A DNA stretch of 61,711 bases, counting the filler. It is 13 parts of 13 records of this genome, joined end to end, with 100 filler letters (N's around TTAATTAATTAA, not from the genome) between each part and the next. Parts side by side here need not be neighbours in the genome. Positions count along the whole stretch, not along the records: positions 53,248 to 57,606 come from SRR7504441_22456; positions 57,707 to 61,711 come from SRR7504441_22481; 11 more parts are not named here. One strand, 5' to 3'. How positions within the stretch are numbered: the stretch's first letter is position 1; every line of letters starts with the position of its first letter. A program made the translations under genes and the position numbers. Shown here piece by piece: positions 56,311 through 61,711 of the stretch. The notes below the pieces were generated by a model that made no database searches, was not told the origin of the DNA, and saw only the letters and a list, made by a program, of their open reading frames with translations.

Positions 56311-57606
56311 ATGGTGAGCATCCGACCGGCGACGCGGGACGAGGCGGCGGCACTGGCCAGGATGTGTTCGTTGACCATCCGGGCCTCGAACGCGGCCGAT
56401 CACACCCCGTCCGAGCTGGCGCACTTGCTTGAGATGTACGACGACCAGCACTTTGGCCAGTTCCTGCAGGACCCGTCCTCCACCGTGCTCGTCGCAGCGG
56501 ACAGCGACGGCGCAGTGGTCGGGACGGCCACTCTGTCCGGCCGGAGCTCTCACCAGGAGCTGGGGGCGCCCGGAGAGGCAGAGGAAGGCTGTCTGCACGT
56601 GCGGCGCATGATGGTGCACTGGGCCCGGCAGCGGCAGGGGATCGGCCGGCGGCTGCTGACGGCGATCGAGGAGCGGGCCGGGCGGCCGGGGCTGCTCGAG
56701 CTGCACGCCGAGCCGTCTGCGGTGCCGTTTTACCAGAAGCTCGGGTTCTCGGTGCTGGGCGGCACCCGCAGCTTTGGGGGGCAGGCCAGCCTCATGCGCA
56801 AGCGGCTGGTAAAGCGGAGCCAGCCAGAGGAGGCCGGCCCGAGCGAGTGCCCGCCGGGCAAAAAGGCGCGGGCTGACCCGGTGGGCGAGGCGCTGAGCAA
56901 GCTGGCCCGGATCTTGCGCACGGCCGAGGGGGACAAGCTGCGCCGGGCTGGCGGGATGCTCAGCAGGCTGCTCACAGAGCAGCCGCCCTGCCCAGAGCAC
57001 GGGCTGGCCGTGGCCAGGGCGGTCCGCCAGGCCAGCCGGCTGCCGCAGCCGCAGCTGGCGACTGTGCTCCAGGCCGGGCTGGGCTGGCTGGAGGCGATGC
57101 CGGCGGCGCATCGGGCACCGGTTCTGTTACAGGCAGCCATGTTGCACGGCCGGACATGACCGGAGCGCAGGCGCTGGCCGGATGGATCACGCCCTGGCTG
57201 CTCACTCCAGCGGAGCCCGATAACGACTGCACAGACCACCAGGTGCAGGGCTGCCTGGGTTGCGATTTTGAGCGGCCAGCAGCAATTTCAAGCGGCAGCG
57301 AGTGGCCTCGGAGAGCTGCTGGACAGATGGGAAGCCGCTGCGCCGAGTGAGGCGGTTGCCGGGGCAGTGGTCGAGGCGCTGGGTGCGATGTATAGCGTGC
57401 GTGCCTGCAGGCTGGGTGGGCAGACAGGCGGACAGGTGTACAAACAAAGCAACTGCCACCAGCTGATCCGAGAGACGCTCAGGAAAGCTCGCGCCAAGGC
57501 TAGCTGCTTCAATAAAAGTGGCCAAGGCAGTATAAAGAAGTGGCTTGCAACTGTAGACGCGAGAGGTGAGGGCCTCAACATGTTTATGGCAAGAGCAAAT
57601 GCGATT
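56311..57606 (+). CDS. GNAT acetyltransferase fused to an unknown C-terminal region (spliced, truncated)
   Basis: IRPAT, QRQGIGRRLL and AVPFYQKLGF motifs. Confidence 0.75.
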
Positions 57607-57706
57607 NNNNNNNNNNNNNNNNNNNNNNNNNNNNNNNNNNNNNNNNNNNNTTAATTAATTAANNNNNNNNNNNNNNNNNNNNNNNNNNNNNNNNNNNNNN
57701 NNNNNN

Positions 57707-57839
57707 CAAACACAGCGTTCATGAAAGCAGCGTCATACTTGTCGGTCTTGGCCGCGTCGCCCCAGGTGTGGCACACGTAGCCCAGAATCCCAGTCCAGCA
57801 TAGCAGGTTGGCGGCCGTGACGTAAGTGTTCAGCCCCAT
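57707..57839 (-). CDS. Membrane protein N-terminal fragment
   Basis: MGLNTYVTAANLLCWTGILGY..., open to the contig end. Confidence 0.4.
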
Positions 57840-57943
57840 GGGTCGACCGGCCGCGTCCGCGGAGAATCGCAAACGGCAGCCGCCACCGCAAGACATCAGG
57901 AAGGGAGGCGAGTTGGGCGGTGCTCGAGGGGTGGCGAGTCGGC

Positions 57944-59155
57944 ATGGAGCCTCAGTTCTTCAAGCCCGGGGACACGGTGCTCTCGTTCCACGGGCCGCTG
58001 ATCTACGAGGCCAAAGTGCTCCAGCACGAGCTGCGCAGCTTCGACGAGGACCAGCACTGGTGAACCGCCGGCCGGCCAGACTGCAACGCCCATGGCAGGT
58101 ACCAAGTGCACTACGAGGGATGGGCCGACCGGTGGGGGCCTGTCCTCCTGACAGCGTCGAGCCCTGGACAGGTGGGACGAGTGGGTGGAAGAGGCTTTGG
58201 TCCTGGCCGACAACAGCGAAAATCGGAAGAAGCAGGCGTCCATGCGCCGCGAGTACGAGGCGAGCACAGGCTGAGCCGACGGCCGAGCGGGGGTGGTAGG
58301 ACAACAAGGATGACCGCGAGAAGCGCCGGCAGAGCGGGGGCGGTGCCACGCAGAGCAAGGCCAAGAAGCCCAAGGTGGCGCAGGACGTCGAAGTGGTTCG
58401 GGCGTCTGGGCGGCGGGCGGCTGATGGGTTGGGGCAGCTCTCTCTGGGGCTGGCGCTCAAGAAGGTGCTTGTGGAGGACTTTGAGAAGGTGTCCCGCCAG
58501 AGGAAGCTGGTCCAGCTCCCATCCAAGGCAGCTGCACCCCTATGCGAATCGCGCTGAGCGCGAGCAGGTGACAGTGGCGCAGTTTCTAGACGATTTCCTG
58601 ATGCAGCAGTTCAAAAAGGCGCAGCCGGACAGGGTCCAGGAGAAGGTGTGGTCCGAGCTTGTCGACGGGATTCGGGCCAATTTCGATCAGGCGAGTTTTG
58701 CGGTCCCGGCTGCTGGCTGAGCTATCGCCAGGCCCTCCCGCAGATATTGCTCTACAGATTCGAGCGAAACCAGTGCGCTCGGGCCGCCGGGGCTGCCTGG
58801 CGATCGTTGGCGCAGGTACAAGCAGCTGAATGAGGCGAATCCATCGAAGAGGCCTTCGGAAGTTTACGGAGTCGAGCACTTCCTGAGGCTGTGTGTCAAG
58901 CTGCCGGCTCTGCTGGTGCAGGCCGCGGCCTCCGGTGGGCTGGCTATTGAGCTGTCGGCAGGCTCAGATCGAAGGCGATGCGCTGCAAGTGCTGCACACT
59001 AGGATCAACGAACTGCTAAAGTTCCTTCAAAGGAGCTCCCACAAATATATCCAGGGCGACTACCAGCCAGCCCCACCCGGTGAGCCGCTCCGGCCGGCTA
59101 GAGGCTGAGCGGACTGGCAGAGTATCTTCAGAATTGGAAAGAGCTCACCGCTTGA
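57944..59155 (+). CDS. EAF3: MRG15/Eaf3 chromatin factor (Tudor-knot + MRG domain), 9 introns
   Basis: FHGPLIYEAKV, HYEGW..RWDEWV, LKKVLVED, LLYRFER.QY and YGVEHFLRL after splicing out 58060-58098, 58132-58171, 58260-58299, 58396-58437, 58528-58567, 58691-58731, 58773-58815, 58922-58961 and 59080-59120. Confidence 0.93.
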
Positions 59156-59188
59156 GTGAGGGTTTAGAATAGAACGCGTGACGTGGAC

Positions 59189-59214
59189 TACTCGTACGAG
59201 TACTCGTACGAGTA
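59189..59214. repeat. Perfect 26-bp palindrome (also N10-TA-N10)
   Basis: TACTCGTACGAGTACTCGTACGAGTA. Confidence 0.9.
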
Positions 59215-59379
59215 GCATCATACTTGCAGCTTGCATCAACTGCAACAATGATCCGTTTCGCAGCAGGCCACCGGTAATTATAGTGAACGTAGTCATACTG
59301 TAAATCATTCTGTCGGTATAGGCTTGGTTTATGCTTAGCACGGTATAGCACTCCTACAGATGCAAACAACTCTACGCGA

Positions 59380-60222
59380 CTATGCCATTCCCATAAGAAA
59401 CATCATAGTCTCATGTGTACCCTCGCCAGCCTCTTCGCTCCAGGTGCTGTCGAAGAAATCCACCCACTCCGCCATCGAGATCCGACCGTCCTGCCGTCAG
59501 CTCGCCCTCCGCCGCCCGCCAGACCACCTGGTTGGCGTCTGTGTTCTTCATCAACTGGATCGCATGCTGCACTGCCACCTTGTTGCCTGCGCACACCTCA
59601 GCTCCGCACGCACCCGCACCCACCCCATCCGGCGAGCAGCGCCTTCTTGAGCTCCTCCTGCGTCACCCCCCCGTCTCCATTCTCGTCCAGATGCTGCCCA
59701 CCCTCACCCCCCCGCCCGCGTGGGTTCCAACCTGCCAGACTGCCGTGAACGACTCGACGGCGGTCTCCCGGTCGATTTGATCGTGCTCCCACATCTGCTG
59801 GAGCCGGGGCGGGGTCACCCGCAGCCCGGTCTCCTGGAAGTATCGCTCCATATCGGCCCTGCGTAGCTTGGATTCTGCCTCGCCGGGGACTAGCACCTGA
59901 CCCCCGCCTCGCCCCGGGGCTCCGACCGGCGGCCGGCCTGGAGCCATTCGGCCAGGGTGATCTTGCCGTCGTTGTCCAGATCGAACCGAGTCAGGTACTC
60001 CTCGGCGAACAGCAGGGCGGTGTGGGTGCCCACGCCGTTGGTAAGCCCGTTCACCAACTCGTTCAGGTCTACGCACCCGTTCTGATCCGCGTCCAGCCCA
60101 GCGAAGATAAGCCGCCAGGCCGCACCCGCCGCCAACCGCCGCTCCCCGCCGCTCGCCCCGCTGCTGCTGTTCCGCCGGCCTACCGCCTCGTTGCCCGAGT
60201 GCTGAGAGAGCGGTGCCACCAT
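59380..60222 (-). CDS. EF-hand protein, multi-exon
   Basis: DADQNGCVD, DLDNDGKIT, DENGDGGVT and DANQ/DGRISMAEW loops. Confidence 0.75.
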
Positions 60223-60297
60223 GATTCAGTTCGTAATCGAAATCAGGCGAGCGTTTTCCGGTCTGCGGGTCTCTCGGGTCCCTGCAGGGAAGACCAG

Positions 60298-61711
60298 ATG
60301 GAGCCCAGGACCGGCGCTGTTGCCCTGGGCGGTGCGCTTGCGGGGCTGGCTGCGTTGCTCGGGGCTCGTCTGCTGCGGGGGCTGCGTCGCCGGGCCCTGC
60401 GGTGCACCTACCTCGGGCACGCTGGGCTGCTGGTCGAGACGGCGGACTGCGCGGTGCTGTGCGACCCCTGGCACTCGGACCATCCGGTCTTCTTCGACTC
60501 TTGGTCTGTCTACCCGGCCAACGAGCACTTGGACTGGGAGGACATCCGCAGCCGGACCTCAGTGCTCTACATCTCGCACTGCCACTGGTGCCGGCCGTCG
60601 GTGCCGTCTGATCGGCCGGCAGTGACCACATGGACTTGGCCAATTTGCGGCTGATGCCGGACAAAAGCATCCCGGTGCTGGTGCCCGAGTACCGGTACCC
60701 ACTGCTACGGCAGCACCTGCGGGTGCCCGCCCGTGCCCCAGTCCACACAGCAGCCCGGCGGCAGGCAATAGGCTTCACCAACCTGGTTCGGCGAGAGCTC
60801 ACAATCGGGGAAACCCGGCTCAGCACGTTCGTCTCCGAGACCACCAACCGAGAGATGGAGGACTCGATGCTGCTGGTGGATGACGGGAAGACCAGCTTGC
60901 TCAACGCTAACGACTGCAAGCTCGAGGGGCATATCCAGGCCGAAATCCGCAATCGGTGCAGGCCGGCCAGCAGCCCGACCGATGCTGGGCGCAGGTACCC
61001 AGATGGAATAGACATATACGCTGGCCAGTATTCGGGGGCTGCATGGCACCCAATGTGCTATGCAGGCTGTGGAGAGTTCACTGCAGACCGGGTGGCAGCG
61101 GTGAGTGCTTACCCGATGGCCTCGAGTGAGTGTTGCCGCAGCTAGCTGCAAGGCATCGCAACAAGACATCAAGGCGGTTCATGTCTGCTTGCAAGGCGAG
61201 TCCTACGCGTCGAGCAGCAGACTGAGCCTTGTTGCTACAGGCAGTGCAGGCACGCAAGGTGTTGCCAGATTCTGGCCCTGCAGCTTTTCTGTCACAAGAC
61301 TTGTTTCACTACAACTTTCTCGGGGACGATCACCCCTCAGCCCAGCATTCCATCTTTCCTGACGCGTATCAATACAACCTCGAGCAGCACTGGGAATCTG
61401 AGGCGCATGGGATGCTTTGTCGTGCCCCAGTTGGCGCTGAGTTCACCTTTGACACTCTCAGTGACACTCCAATAGACCCCATCCAGGACAAACTGAGGTA
61501 CCCGAGCGCACAATTCCTAGTTCATCCGGTGCTGGTGGCCAGGTACCTGCAAGAACGCATGAAAGCGCCTCCCAGCCGCAGCTTTGAGCCTGCCAAGGTC
61601 GAGAAAGCACTAATAAGATTCAAGCACCATGTCAAACCGGTAACCGTCCAAAGCAAAGCCTGCTGTTTGAGTCGCCGCACTTCAATCATGGCCCAGTCAC
61701 ACTCAATCACA
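60298..61711 (+). CDS. MBL-fold (UlaG/CMAH-like) metallo-hydrolase with N-terminal anchor, multi-intron, runs off window
   Basis: TYLGHAG, LCDPW, YISHCHCDHMD, EDSMLL, LNANDC and QYSGAAWHP motifs. Confidence 0.75.

Noticed and set aside
61522-61710. Minus-strand hydrophobic ORF
   Set aside because: The plus-strand MBL gene continues through this region via intron 61498-61542.
1-61711. CRISPR arrays, rRNA/tRNA genes, intact transposases, prokaryotic operons or defence systems
   Set aside because: None recognisable by eye. The DNA is eukaryotic, and the longer repeats found are coding repeats.

Overview
This is not one locus. It is 13 unrelated contigs of about 3-9 kb joined by artificial 100-nt spacers (44 N + TTAATTAATTAA + 44 N), so there is no synteny across spacers. 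The DNA comes from a GC-rich, gene-dense microbial eukaryote whose lineage I cannot identify. A fold-back chimera and slippage frameshifts suggest a single-cell amplified or draft assembly. About 40 genes or gene fragments can be read. Conserved eukaryotic genes (NAR1/CIAO3, TFIIH p34, MRG15/Eaf3, BAG6, a PPR protein) are split by many ~37-43-nt introns. Many bacterial-type enzymes (GH16, GH33, DUF4838, S41 peptidase, ParA-like ATPase) are intronless. The main unexplained signals are: (1) at least nine exact N9-TA-N9 duplications, all in intergenic DNA, which look like excision footprints of an unidentified 9-bp-TSD DNA transposon; (2) tightly sized tiny introns with ~30% GC donors, almost no donor consensus and no polypyrimidine tract; (3) head-to-head gene pairs 48-190 bp apart, with a palindromic TAATTA motif in gene 3' regions; (4) unusual protein architectures, including a multi-repeat channel with a non-K+ filter, an ectodomain-multipass-PIP5K fusion and a DSP-2OG oxygenase fusion. 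All intron calls are inferred by restoring protein frame and motifs, not from transcripts. Family assignments come from motif recognition, not database searches.
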